From Takakia lepidozioides (lineage: Eukaryota > Plantae > Bryophyta), in the NCBI GenBank assembly GCA_030704615.1, contig CM060732.1, positions 60,884,001-60,948,000 of the forward strand: DNA of 64,000 nucleotides, in the 5' to 3' direction. The notes under the pieces are model-generated. The model was given only the letters and a program-made list of their open reading frames with translations, did no database searches and was not told the DNA's origin. Positions 11,396 through 23,642 of the stretch are shown piece after piece. Both the position numbers and the translations under genes were made by a program. Each line of letters begins with the position of its first letter. Within the stretch, counting starts at the first letter, position 1.

Positions 11396-12890
11396 CACCA
11401 GCCGGAACTAGCGTAAATAAGAGCCTCTTTCCCTTCTTCTCTTTGCGGGTACTACCCGCTTTCAAGGATGGGCTCTATCAGCCATTGTTCAGGATTAGAG
11501 CAGTGAGTGATGTGATAGCTGTAAAATGTATGGTGCTTAGAAAGGAAGTGGTGTACTTAAAAGGTACTTTGAGGTTTTCTTTTAGGATGTGGACATTATG
11601 GCTATGTGCAACTCCCCTCGCAGGGTGATAATAATCAAGAGGGCCACGTTCCATCCATGTTGACAAAGGGTCATTATGAGGGGTTCGTATTTGTCGCGGG
11701 TCCATGGATAAGTAAGATATCCAAACAGAGTCGTGATAGGTAGCAACAAGGGTGGACCATACATGTGCATGGCATGAGCCACGAGGGTATAATGCGATCT
11801 GGTGGCCTTCCTTGGAATGTTCTTGCATTGATGAGGTTGAACCATTTGGACCTAGGGTGTGACGTAGAACTTTTTTAGGAGTTGTTTGACTCATCGATTA
11901 TGTCGGGTTATATGGAGTCCGTGGATTATGGGGTAGGTGCAATGGAGAAGAAGGTGCGGTCATGTGTCTATTTGGGGTGGTTGGACGTGACATACTAGCG
12001 TACAATGTTTGTTAGGGTATAATACAAGAGACACCATAATTTACGCTTCCTGAGGGAGGCGTCAAATATTTATTTTGTTAGGGTATCATAAAGGCCAAAA
12101 TAGGTTTTGTCTTTGGTTACCCATGTATTGGCCACATTGGATTGGATCCACGTATCAGGAATACTTTGAATGATATGCTGGTAGCCAGAGTTACCTCTCT
12201 GAGGGCCTATCATAGCATTGATTTGGTCCTGCGGCAAGAAGGCGTGCCCATTCCAGATATCTTTTATCTGCGTGACCTTCAGCCTATCCCATGCCGAAAA
12301 TTTGGCTGCCAAGGCTTTTTCTATAGGGGAGGGAGTGTTAGTGTTGAGGAATAGGAATTGTCGCATTGTTTCCTCATAAGATTGCGGGCTTTCTTTGACT
12401 AGATGAGGCCTGAATGAGCCCCAGATGCTCCATATTGCTTTCCACAAGGGATACCCTTGGGTCTTGTGCTTAAATAAGTGATTTGTCCCATTGTTTGGTT
12501 TTGAGAGGCGAGCTATTGACCACATGTTGAAAAACCAGGTGTTTCCACCATCCCCCTGTGGCCCCAATAGTTTGACAACCCACTTGCCTTGCAGAGCCTG
12601 GATTTGGTTTCCTGGGTCTATGATGCCGAGGCCCCCTTGGTTTTTTTTGGGAGACAGATTTGAGCCCAAGAAACTACAGGTCTAGGGTTCTTTTCACTTG
12701 AGTCAGCACCCCATATAAAGTTCCGGATAGGTTTTTTATGGTATTGATTTGAGGATCAGATGGGCACCATACCGAGACGAAGTACCAAATGCTGGCAAGC
12801 AAAATCTGGTTTGCAACCATAGCCCTTCCAGTCAATGATAAATGACGAGAACCCCAATAGACCAGCTTCTTTTGGAGTTTGGATATGACT
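11396..12890 (-). mobile_element. Degenerate L1/Tx1-type LINE ORF2 C-terminal fragment
   Basis: KLVYWGSRHLSLTGRAMVANQILLASIWY and GGLGIIDP..QALQGKWVVKLL motifs, with frameshifts. Confidence 0.85.
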
Positions 12891-14199
12891 TTTTATTGTT
12901 AGTCACAGAAGTACAAGCCTCCATTGTGAATGTGATAGCCACTCACTTCACACCTACCTACCTAGGACAAAATGGATCAACGACACAAAACCATATGACT
13001 AATGTCAGAACTTAATGTAGTTGTGCAATCCAATGGTAGTTTTGCCGGATTGAGGCAGCTGACTCTGGCTCCTCCGACGGGGCCCTTGTCAAATCCTCCC
13101 CACCCACTTTAACCTTGGATCTGTAATTAAATTCTGTGACTATTGACAATTGAGAGTTGGAGACTAGTTTTAGTGTAGAGCAAGACCAGGTGCCAAGTGC
13201 CACATCATCATTGCCATGTCATCACATCATCATAATCTTTTTAAGCTTCTCAAATTGCCCGAGAAAAGGATAAAATGAAAATGAATCGCTTCAAAAAAAT
13301 CATTTTTGTCGATCATTGGCATCGTCATCTTTGTTTCGAAGCTGCCCAAATTTCCCAAAATTAAAAAAATTCATCCCTTTGTGAAAAAAAAAACTTTGAA
13401 AAATCAATTTTAAAATATGGTCCAACATAAAATTGGTAAAATCGTTATACACTCAATAGAACAAGATAGTGGAGCATGTTTATATGTTTAAGTGTGTTTA
13501 TACGGTTCTTTTGTTGGCTGCTCCCTTAAGGGAGAGACCACGCTGAGGTGCTTTTCTCCTGATGTACCTTCACCACTTAATACCTACCTATAATCCCAAT
13601 AAATAACCATTTATAGACTTTTTATCCATGCACTGTTATCCATCCATCCATCCAAGCCCTTGCGGAAACGTCACCCCCAGACCGACATGTCACGAAACAA
13701 ATCATACACATAGGCCATAGCATGAATTGAACCCGGAACCTGCACTTATCAAAGAGCTAAGAGAAATTTAGGTTTAGGAAAGCAGAGAGCCCGGTGGCTG
13801 TGCACTGTTTCTTTCCCGGGTGCACTGCTCGATTTTGAGCTTCTCTGCGGGCTCCAAGGCGACCAGATTGCGAGCACAAGAGTGGGGCAGTGTGGAGTAA
13901 TAGCTACAAGAAATCTGCAACGTTAGATGGCAATTGGAAGCAGCAGCAGCACAGCTGATAAAATTAGGCACTTCCACCATGGGTACCACTTCGGAACAAG
14001 GAGCAAGAGAGTGAGTCTACAAGATCTCTGGCACTTACTGGCATGTTCGGAAAGTATGTGAGGGAAGAAAGCGATCTGTTGTTGCCCTGAATGGTGAATA
14101 GAAGAAATTTCAGTTCAGTACTTCCTAACTATTGGAGCTCTGTGGATTTTCTTAGCATAGCAACGGCACTCAACGATGGTTGTCCATACGGGCTTTCCG

Positions 14200-14680
14200 T
14201 TCATGCCATTGTCCCCCAAAAAAGCTAGAGAGTGACGCTCTTCAGGACCATCAGGTACATAGTTGCTGCACCTCTGTTCGCCAAATTTCAATATCTTGAG
14301 GCTGAACATAAAGCCTGGGTCCTGCTGGGGTCTAATTGCTAGGCAGCTCGCACACAACAGATTGATGTTTGTGTGAAGAGCTTGCTGGAGGAAATCTGGA
14401 AAACCTGAATTAATTGTTTATATGAAGTAAGTCCCACTGCTGGACTTAAATATCAGTAGTACCAAGACTGCCCTTCCCTCACCCATGTCACAAACTGGAA
14501 ATGAGTTCAGGGTTTTATGCCTAACTTTTGTTTGGACATTCTGCACGATTCCAACATGGCCTTACAAACGTCGGCTTCCAAGTCAGGTTCATCTTAACAG
14601 GGTCAATTCGTCAGTTCCTCCTTCAGGTACTTGAAAATCTCCTCTTCCCTTTCTGCCAGGGCGACACCTGTTGAACATAA
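14200..14680. mobile_element. Rearranged RTE-like LINE pieces (3' part on +, adjacent upstream part on -)
   Basis: 14255-14445 matches 33490-33660 directly; 14478-14670 is the reverse complement of 33125-33290. Confidence 0.75.
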
Positions 14681-15250
14681 CACTTTAGATCTGCTTGAAC
14701 CGGACACTTTTGCTAGGGTTTGGGTTTGTTCTTCTTTTTATCTCTTGTGGTGCTGATGAGATCATTCCGTGTCATCGATGTTACCTATCCCCAGCTAGAC
14801 CAACAGACAATTGCTTTCCGATATAGTCAGTCCAGTGGCTTGAAATATTGTAAGTGCTGTGGCAAGGGAGAAATTTGCAGAGGCTGAAATTTCTTCTTTC
14901 TATGGAAGATGAAAGGATGTGCCAGGTACCATGCTGGAACTGAAACTATTTCTCAGAACAAATGGCACTGCTCCAAGAATCTAGGTACTTATCCTCATGG
15001 CATTTTGTAGGACATGAGAGAACCAATATTTGTGCAGAGGTGAAGGGAAGTTAGAGTAACCGTTTGATTGCTTTTGCAAGAGATGGTGCTCGGTGGAGTC
15101 GGCAAGGGATTCTTATTTCTCTCCAAACTGGTGTGAAGATGGAGGGTTGGCATCAGAATTCAGAAGAAAACTCGACATGTCTGTCTGATTTGGCTTATGC
15201 CGGGAGCTCCCGAGCTTTTCCGTATGCACGCATGGATGTGCCGAGCCCGG

Positions 15251-15990
15251 TCATCATATTCAGTTCATCATATTCAGTCCTCATATTCAGTTCATCATAT
15301 TCATCATATTCAGCTCATCATATTCAGTTCATCATATTCATCATATTCAGTTCATCATATTCAGTTCCTCATATTCAGTTCCTCATATTCAGGTCATCAT
15401 ATTCAGTTCATCATATTCAGTTCATCATATTCAGTTCATCATATTCAGTCATCATATTCAGTCCTCATATTCAGTCCTCCAGTTCATCATATTCATCATA
15501 TTCAGTGCATCATATTCAGTTCATCATATTCAGTTCATCATATTCAGTTCATCATATTCAGTTCATCATATTCAGTTCATCATATTCAGTTCATCATATT
15601 CAGTGCATCATATTCAGTGCATCATATTCAGTTCATCATATTCAGTGCATCATATTCAGTTCATCATATTCAGTTCATCATATTCAGTTCATCATATTCA
15701 GTTCATCATATTCAGTTCATCATATTCAGTTCATCATATTCAGTTCATCATGTTCAGTTCATCATGTTCAGTTCATCATGTTCAGTTCATCATATTCAGT
15801 TCATCATATTCAGTGCATCATATTCAGTTCATCATATTCAGTTCATCATATTCAGTTCATCATATTCAGTTCATCATATTCAGTGCATCATATTCAGTTC
15901 ATCATATTCAACATATTCAGTCCTCATATTCAGTTCATCATATTCAGTTCATCATATTCAGTCCTCATATTCAGTTCATCATATTCAGTT
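15251..15990. repeat. 14-bp minisatellite (CATATTCAGTTCAT)n, roughly 50 units
   Basis: Seen directly; it produces the 14-aa periodic pseudo-ORFs (IIFSSSYSVHHIQF). Confidence 0.97.
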
Positions 15991-16080
15991 CCCCGCAAAA
16001 TTATCCCCGCAAAACTTATCCCCGCAATTTATCCCCGCAAATTTATCCCTTGAGATTAATCCCCTCAAATTTATCCCTTC
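15991..16080. repeat. Short tandem array of CCCCGCAAA(A)TTTAT (14-15 bp), about 4-6 units
   Basis: Seen directly, immediately after the first minisatellite. Confidence 0.85.
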
Positions 16081-17378
16081 AGCTCTCTCATATTCAATTT
16101 TATCACAATGCCTTCCATTATATCTATATTCAGTTCCTTTGAGTTTAATCGGATGGAATTCCATTACATTCAGTTCTATTCACTTCCAATCCCATCACAT
16201 TCAATTTTATCTTTTCGCATTTGTTCCTTGTATTTAATTTATTATTGTTATTTTCTGTCAAGGTGTAAACTGTAAACACAAAATGTTTTGATATGATTTC
16301 AAAACTCATTTAAAAAAAAACTATAATCATAATCAATTGTTATCCTCATGGTATTTTTTAATTTATTTTTTAAAACAAATCAATAAAATCAATAAGTCGG
16401 GACCTTCAGCGCTAGCTCTGCAGTTTTGGAATTAGGGTGGAGCCATGTTTGACTAGCCGCTTGTTTAGTGCCGGTGTCAACCCCCATGAGTGCCATCCCC
16501 CTTCAGCATGGTTTGTGTCATCGACATGTATCTCGTGTTAATTTAGCCTAGTAGATTAGATACTTGGTCAAATTTCGTTTCACCGAGTGGGAGTTACACC
16601 GGTTGGAGTGACACTCCCTTCCCTGTCACCCTAGCTGAGGTCACCCCAATCTGTGTCACTCTGGAGAGGGGGGTGGGGAAGATTTGACATGCCAGAAACG
16701 GCATATCTACTCGGAGATCTCATGTGTCACGCAGTGACTCAGGTTCTTACATTATTCCTACTGTGCTCATCAAAAGTATCATTTGGAATCCTAGTCGTTC
16801 CCTCATTCTCTCATTCCCTCATGGTGTTATCTTATCATTCCCGGAGTGTTCTCCTCAACAACGACTCCTGCTTCTGATAGACCTGCCAATGAAGAAGATA
16901 ATGAGAAAGGGACTGAGAAGTTCAAACATAACCATCACCATCCATCGATAAGCATGTGGCTACTGAAACAGTTCACATGTGTCACGTTCTTCCCGTGTTA
17001 GAGGAGAATCCATGGAACACGATGGGTTGGGTCCGAATCGACCTTCAAGACCTGCCTTTTGGGGTTTGTGTTCCCAGCCAGCAATGGAATGCAAATGCAG
17101 GAATTAGCTAGCTAGGTGCAGGTATCCATCTTCAATGGCAATGACAGTACAAGATGTGGGCTTTCAAACATGCTGCATCACCACACCATTCCAAGCCAAA
17201 GTTTACAATCCCGAGTCGACAATGCTTTTGGGGAATCATGGGTCCGGTAATATGACAGAGATTTGATGGAGAAGTACCTATTACATCTCTACTCCCCAAC
17301 TGTTTGCCCTACTTTGCTCAGAAATCCGAAGGTGCGAAGCATCCAATAATCCAGCCAACTTCGGCTCCTCTGCCAGTC

Positions 17379-17903
17379 TCAATGCAAAAATGCGATGAAG
17401 TCTCTGCACAGCGAGCCTCTAGTGGCCCTGCCAATCCTCAAACCTGGAGACAAGCAGATGCAGTGGGAAGTGCTTCGCAGATCATTAGTATGTCTGCTCT
17501 CGAGATAGAAAACAAGGAACGCTGTTGTTAACATCAAGGCTTGTTCTTGTGAAAATTGACAGGGGATCTTGCAGTAAAGACAAGGACAGGAACCTCTTTC
17601 ACGAGCGAAACGGTGCTTGTGAGCCCTTGGCTGTGCACTGTATCCATCTTTGAATTCATCTCTTGCAGAACCCAGTCTGGTGAACAAATATACAGGAAAA
17701 CCCGCTTGGCGCAGGCATTTGATGTGGGCGTCAATCCATTTCGCACAAACGTCAGGTCCATGCAGAGCAATGCAGACATCACGCAGATTTTTGGAGTCCA
17801 GGCAAGCATCACACATGTTCAAACCCTTGGGAGGCTCCTTGGGCAGACTTCTTTTCTCCTCTTCAGTGAAAGGAGGTAAAAAACGGGGCACGAGAAGCTT
17901 CCC
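17379..17903 (-). pseudogene. COX17: Divergent COX17-like copper chaperone (core 17691-17830); possibly a pseudogene
   Basis: MCDACLDSKNLRDVCIALHGPDVCAKWIDAHIKCLRQAGFPV is a twin CX9C COX17 pattern. CCxC is altered to CDAC and the expected stop is replaced by TAT, giving read-through. Confidence 0.75.
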
Positions 17904-18699
17904 CTATACCACATGAAGGGGCACTTGCTGTGGTTCCCATTCGGCACCCCCAGTCTATCTCCCGTCTGACATGAGACAATCAGCAGGAGCAGTGCATAAT
18001 TCAAATGGTAAGGTCCATAGCATAGTGCTTGTACAGTTGCGACTGCTGAAGCCTTGTTTTTTATGTGCCGTTCAGTCTCTACGCACCAGAATACTCTGCC
18101 CACACATTTTTACTCTCGAGGGATGCACAACCTGCGAAATCGCATATTTCGTAGGTCCTGGTGAGGCCGCTTTCCTGGGGAATTTCGAGCGACAAGTGCC
18201 ATGGCGACGGCAGAGAGAGCGCACCCGGGAGGGGTGTGAATGTATGCAGCCCGCGTCACCGGTTATTCCCGGTCTAGAGTATGAGCCGCGGGTGTCTGGA
18301 TCTCTTTCTGTGCTCTCCTGTTTTGCCTTGCCTGTATGATTCTGCCTGTCACACCTTGTTTTGTGCATCACAACTCTCCCCCTCCCCTTTGAAAATTAAT
18401 ATCTCTTCTTCCCCTTTTACTCCCTACCCATGTCTTGTATCTCTCAAGGCCCTTTTTTGTGACACTTCCCCGCATTGCCTCCTTGATAAACCGGAATTCC
18501 TGTTATGGGGGCCATACCTGTCCCCATTCGTGTCTGCGATTTTCTACGTTGGGTGGAGGATGCATCGGAGAGCCATGACCTCATCGGCTTCGAGTGGTCT
18601 CGCGGCCCAAGTCCCACATTTGTAGTGTGATTTTCTGGGGTGATCAATAACTCAATCAAGTTAGAGTATACAAATTCTGCAGCGCTTCTTTCAAACCTT

Positions 18700-19370
18700 T
18701 GCCTTCTTAAGATAGTTTATGTCATTTAACACCTCTGTATATCCGATCCTTGAGCATGTGCACTCATCCCAAATTTCTAACCACTCCAAACCTCCTTCGG
18801 CAACAAATCCTCTTATGAGGATATGCCCCAGTTCCACTGAATGACTTGAAAATTTCACCTTTTTCAACATATTGACTTGTTCTTTCTCTCAGCCATTCGG
18901 TTCTGTCTTGGAATAGGAAATTGTTGAATCGTGCCATTCTCTTCACAAAACTTTAAATTCCTTGAATGTTTCTAGGATTTGATTTTCTGCTGACAACAAG
19001 CCTTCTTGATAGATCATCGATGAAGGTTACAAAACAGCTGGATCCTTCAAATGACTTGGTCTGCATCAGGCCACCGAGCCCCCTCCCTCTCTCTGTCTCC
19101 CAAGCCAACTCATTGCACATGACTTTGATGAAGTCCCTACAACTATAAACGTACTTGTCCTTTGAGTGTGACTGGAACTGCAAGCATCCTCCCTGCATGA
19201 TACAGATCATGAAGTCACAGGCTGCCCCATCTCTTGAATCAGCATGGCTCAACTTGCAAAGATGAAGGGCATCCTGACATCCAATTTGTTGCCCCAAAAC
19301 ATGGTCCCTCTGAACTACCTGCAATTTACTTATATAATCAGAGGCAATTCCTCGTGACTAGATGTGCCAA
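18700..19370 (-). mobile_element. Degenerate Ty1/copia integrase fragment
   Basis: GGLMQTKSFEGSSCFVTFIDDLSR resembles copia GPM...S..G..YFVTFIDDFSR; many stops. Confidence 0.75.
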
Positions 19371-19399
19371 AAACTCTTGCTGAAATCCAAGCATGCAAT

Positions 19400-20500
19400 G
19401 AATCTTCTGTAACCTGCCAGCTACAGCATAGATGTTTGATTGGCAAATAATGCAGCAGCGTCGTGTGGATCACTCTCAAGAATGTATTTTGCTGCATGTT
19501 CTGCTAGATCCATATTGTCATAACTTCGCAGGCTCCACTCAAGGCTGTCCACACCTGGTTAAATTGGCATTTTCTTGATGAAGTCTTGTGCCTCAACCAC
19601 CCTTGAAGACATGTATGCCAGATGCGGGAGTGTCAAGGATGCAGGTTAAATTTTCAGTAGTATGGCTCAACAAGAGGTGGTCTCATGGACCGGCTGATCG
19701 GGGGATATTCTCTGCATGGGTGTGTCAAGGAGGCTTTGGGGATCTACAAGCAAATGATATGAGAAGGGGTGAGGCCCAATGGAGTTGCGTTCACTTGTGT
19801 AATCAATGCATGTGCCAGCTGAGGCACCCTTGAAAAGGGCAAAGAGGTCCATGCTAACATCAGCAAAAGACGTGGAATCACACCAGATATCATACTGCAG
19901 AATGCCCTTCTTGACATGTATCTCAAATTGCGGGAGGATAGAGGATCCACGTCAATTTTTCAACAATATGCTTAAAAGAGATGTGGTCTCATGGAGTGTG
20001 ATGATCGCGGGATATTCTCAACATTGGTGTGGTAGCGAGGCTTTGGAGATGTATGGGGAGATGATACTGGAAGAAGTTATACCCAACAAGGTCACGTTCA
20101 TTTGCAGTCTAAATGCATGTGCCAGCCTGGCGGCCCTGGGCAAGGGCAAAGAGATCCATGCTCACATCATGAAAGCAGGGATTATGCTGTATATTAATCT
20201 GGAGAACGACCTCGTTGACATGTATGCCAAATTGGGGAGCATAAAATAGCAAGTGTTTGACAAGATGGGTAAACCAGATGATTGCAGGGTATGCTCAGCA
20301 TGGTTGTGGTAGGGAGGCCCTGCAACTATTTGCACAAATGCACTAGGAAAGCTTGAAGCTGAACAGTATCACTTGTCTTCTCTCTGCGTGTGGTCATGTC
20401 AGTCTGGTGAAAGCAGATCCTGTTGGAGCTCACCCCTTGCCGCTTCATTTGCTCATAGATCTCCCTACTGCACCCATGCTTGGCAAGAAGACTCTGGATC
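19400..20500. pseudogene. Mosaic of PPR fragments: E-domain piece on - (~19400-19590), PLS repeats on + (~19600-20410), short PPR piece on - (~20415-20500)
   Basis: + strand RDVVSWSVMIAGYSQHWCGSEALEMY..PNKVTFICSLNACASLAALGKGKEIHAHI; - strand FIKKMPI..NMDLAEHAAKYILESDPHD and LAKHGCSREIYEQMKRQGV. Confidence 0.8.
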
Positions 20501-20529
20501 TGGAGTACCTGGTTTAGAGAGATGGGGGT

Positions 20530-20824
20530 AAAAAAGAGAGGGGGGAGCACGGTAAGAGTAAGCCCCATTCCGTTATGGGATGCATGACTGTGCTGTAGCG
20601 AGCTACCCCGGCGCCGCTGGCCGCAAGGGCTCAGCCACTGCTTCTCAGCCGCGGTGCCTGCGGCGGCCGGGGATCTACCCTTCCGGGCTGGCACTCTCTG
20701 CCTTTAAATCGCTCGGGGACTTTCACTCGGCATTTTCCTTACAGCTCAACTGCCGTTAACGAAGGCAATGCTTCCGTTTACGAAGTTTCGTTAGTGATGC
20801 CGAAGCACCCCTTCACCGTGCGGT
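20530..20824 (-). ncRNA. MRP: RNase MRP RNA gene (~280-290 nt)
   Basis: CR-I GAAAGTCCCCG, P8 GGCA-GAGAG-TGCC (GARAR pentaloop) and CR-V ATGGGGCTTACTC. P1 GCACGGTGAAG/CTTACCGTGC, P2 GGGTGC/GCATCC, P3 TCGGCAT/ATGCCGA. T6 terminator at 20530-20535. Confidence 0.93.
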
Positions 20825-20846
20825 TCTAATAAATGTCGGGTTTACA

Positions 20847-20889
20847 TATATATGGAGGGAAGGATAGTTTGGTGCAAACGATATGGGAT
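20847..20889 (-). promoter_or_regulatory. Plant type-3 Pol III promoter of the MRP gene (USE + TATA)
   Basis: ATCCCATATCG (USE consensus RTCCCACATCG) at about -65 to -55 and TATATA at about -28; the spacing is U6-like. Confidence 0.88.
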
Positions 20890-21039
20890 AATTGAAATTG
20901 ATGGTTGGGTATTTCGACTCTCGCCCAACAGCACACCTTGGTGATAGCGCTTCCGCCAATCTCCTCTGGTAGTGAGGCACTTGTCTCTCTCTCTTATTAC
21001 CAATGAATCCATGAGGTGGACATCATGACCGCAACAGCC

Positions 21040-21456
21040 TCATTAGGAGAGAGCTTATGGAATTACATGTCAAGAGAACTTGGAAGCTACCCAATCTCAC
21101 AACAAAGCTCCACTTCTATCGAGAGACATTCTTGGTGCTCCGCGATGATAGAATCTTGAGACCAAATCACCTTTCAGCATCCTTATCTCCTTCCCTCCTG
21201 AGGGCATTGGGGCGGTTCAGGGTGGGTTCCCACAACCTACGGATAGAGACTGGCAGATGGGAAAACCTGCAACGGGAGGACCGCCTATGAGGATAAAAAA
21301 TGCTTGGCAGCCTACCTGCACGAGGCCTGCACCCTTAGACAATCGCTAGAACATTAATTCTTGGTTTCTGGATTTGTTCCTCTCTCATGTTTTGTCCCAT
21401 AAGCTCTATGAGCTTTCCGCGGACGTTATAAAGCACCATTTCATTTCATTTCATTT
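21040..21456 (+). mobile_element. RTEX/L2-like LINE 3' fragment with (CATTT)n tail
   Basis: LGRFRVGSHNLRIETGRW motif, followed by a CATTT tandem tail at ~21437-21456. Confidence 0.75.
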
Positions 21457-21519
21457 CTCTCTTCGTCGCCCACAATGACGTCCATGTTCATTGCCCGATA
21501 GCGAGGGCAATCAGCAGCT

Positions 21520-22230
21520 CCGTCAATGCCGATATTTCCCAACAAGGCATGAACTTGTGGTAAATTGCAAATGGTGGCGCCGATGGGGATTTGGTCATTA
21601 TCTTACCAGGCAACTGCTAGTGTTGACGGCTGGTTTACAGTACTAGAAGTCACCCCTGTGCATGAAACCCACACTGGCCTTCCACAGAGATGAACACAGA
21701 CAGTGACAGAATGAGAAGGAGAGAGGTACAGAAGGGAGGGAAAGGTGGATGAAAGGGGGACAGGTAGGGCAATCTGTTTGATGGCGCTCTACTTGTGGGT
21801 GCAGGTTGATGATGTGAAAAGTTTGGAGAGAGCAGGCATAGATCCTCTGGTGGTGGGTTAAACTGAGCTCTAGGGCTGTAATCGAAAGTTGTCCTCCTCT
21901 CTGCTAGACAATGTCCTTCCCCCTGGTTTCTCTGGGTCTCCACATAACAAGTTGAATTTTCCTTCGTTCTATCTAAGGTACGGAGTTTATTCCTTCCTTT
22001 TTATCTCTCCATAGTGGGCGGTGGTGGGTGGTGGCCGTCAACACTCATGGGGAGGGAGGAGGGGATCTCAAATGGACATGGGGCAGTAAAGAGATCCCTG
22101 TGCTCCCTTCCTACACATATTTTGGTGTTCAATTTTCCGCCGCAGAGGGATTAATACTGAAGTTAAAGGGACCATGCTTCAACCTACCTTGGGGTAGGCA
22201 TCTGCCATGTGGGACGGCAACTCCAACCGT
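21520..22230 (+). pseudogene. Duplicated relic of the ABC1K gene (intron pieces plus a copy of exon 10 at 21805-21852)
   Basis: 21520-21604 resembles 29672-29768; 21608-22230 resembles 32298-32900, including cag|[16 protein letters not shown]|gtgggt. Confidence 0.85.
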
Positions 22231-22251
22231 GCTAAAATGTTAAAGTGTGTC

Positions 22252-22738
22252 ATAGCCGAAGTTGGACCTCATTAGTCAATGAGGTACAATTGTAGCATTT
22301 TAGAATTTTACCTCTCGTGGCTGTGACCTTGACATGTAGCATTTTAGGGACTCAGCTTATTCATACAGCAGCTGAGAGTGAGACCTCTCAGGGGACTGGG
22401 AAGCAGTGTAGCTAGTAGAGGCTAATGGGGTGTTGTGTTTCCAACAACACTTTGGCACTCCTTAGTCTCCGCAGGATGGGCAGGTCAACTCCAGTTGGGT
22501 TGACATCTCTATTCAAGTCAAGCACAACAGGACCACCACTCAAATTTTCTAGTATGATGTCAATGATGCTTTCAAGCAACATTCAATACACCATAATCAG
22601 GCTGTCTTTCAGTGAGTGTGAGTACTTTTGAAATTGAAAGCTCAGTTGATATCCTAGTGTTGCCAGCACCAGAAGAGTTAGTTAAAATGTGGCTGTGACC
22701 TTGACATGTAGCCTAAGTTAGAGGTCCCATTCGGCCAT
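22252..22738. mobile_element. Possible small TIR element with internal 23-bp direct repeats
   Basis: ATAGCCGAAGTTGGACCTC ... GAGGTCCCATTCGGCCAT are imperfect TIRs; TGGCTGTGACCTTGACATGTAGC occurs at ~22318 and ~22690. Confidence 0.45.
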
Positions 22739-23642
22739 ATACATATGTTAATTGTTCAACCTTATTGGGACCATGTGCAATTGGTTCAATGTGGTTAACA
22801 ATAGTATCGATAAATGAACAAATTGGTCAGATGTGTCTTTTCAAACAAAATCCAGATCATCAATGGTTGAGTTTTGTAAGGTTTGTCTATTGTAAGAAGT
22901 TTGATTGTCACCTCGTGATCACTGAGGAGCATTTCCGATTGAGCTGAACTTTATATTGGAGATTTTCCTTCCACAAGCCTTGCAAGTGTTCATATAGTGT
23001 TCTAGGCCAGCACAACACTGTAATGTACTGGGCACAGTGCATGGCACAAACATCTCATGGGGAAGACTAGGGGGATGTTCACTGTCTGGCTCGTGGTTCC
23101 TCGGCTGGTGGTAAAGCTAATGGCTTCAAGAGGTCTGGAGAACTCTTGGTTCCGAGCCTCCAATCAAGTTCAGATTTTCGACTGAACGGACGCGAAAAAT
23201 GGCCAGGATTTGGGACGCTTATACACTCAATCATACATTAATTTTTTTGTTGAAATTCAGAACAAGACAAAAAATATGCAGTCCATCCATAGGTACACAT
23301 GTACACAAGCAAAGGGGAATAGAAATTATGATGAAAAGGTCAAATATAGCCCAACAACAATTGTTATGTCATGTATGTAAAAAATGTCTCCTTGCGACAA
23401 CTGAAGGACTACAGTGCATCACTGGACCCACTGTTGGATACATATCTCAAATGAACAACAAGATTAATTCATGAATGAAAGTTTCCATTCTGAGTGGGTG
23501 AAACTAACACGCGGAACAGCAGCCGTTGGCCTGATCTAATATGCAAACATCTCACTGTGTACTTTGACAAGTACAGTTGTAACTAACTGGACATCCACCC
23601 TGTTACAAGAACTTTGAACAAGGTCTGAAAGAATGATAGAAG

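Noticed and set aside
15064-16237. 329/346/179-aa ORFs
   Set aside because: Artefacts of a stop-free 14-bp minisatellite; all three frames give the same periodic peptide
20326-20694. 122-aa ORF on the - strand
   Set aside because: It overlaps the RNase MRP RNA and a PPR scrap; the GC-rich ncRNA explains the open frame
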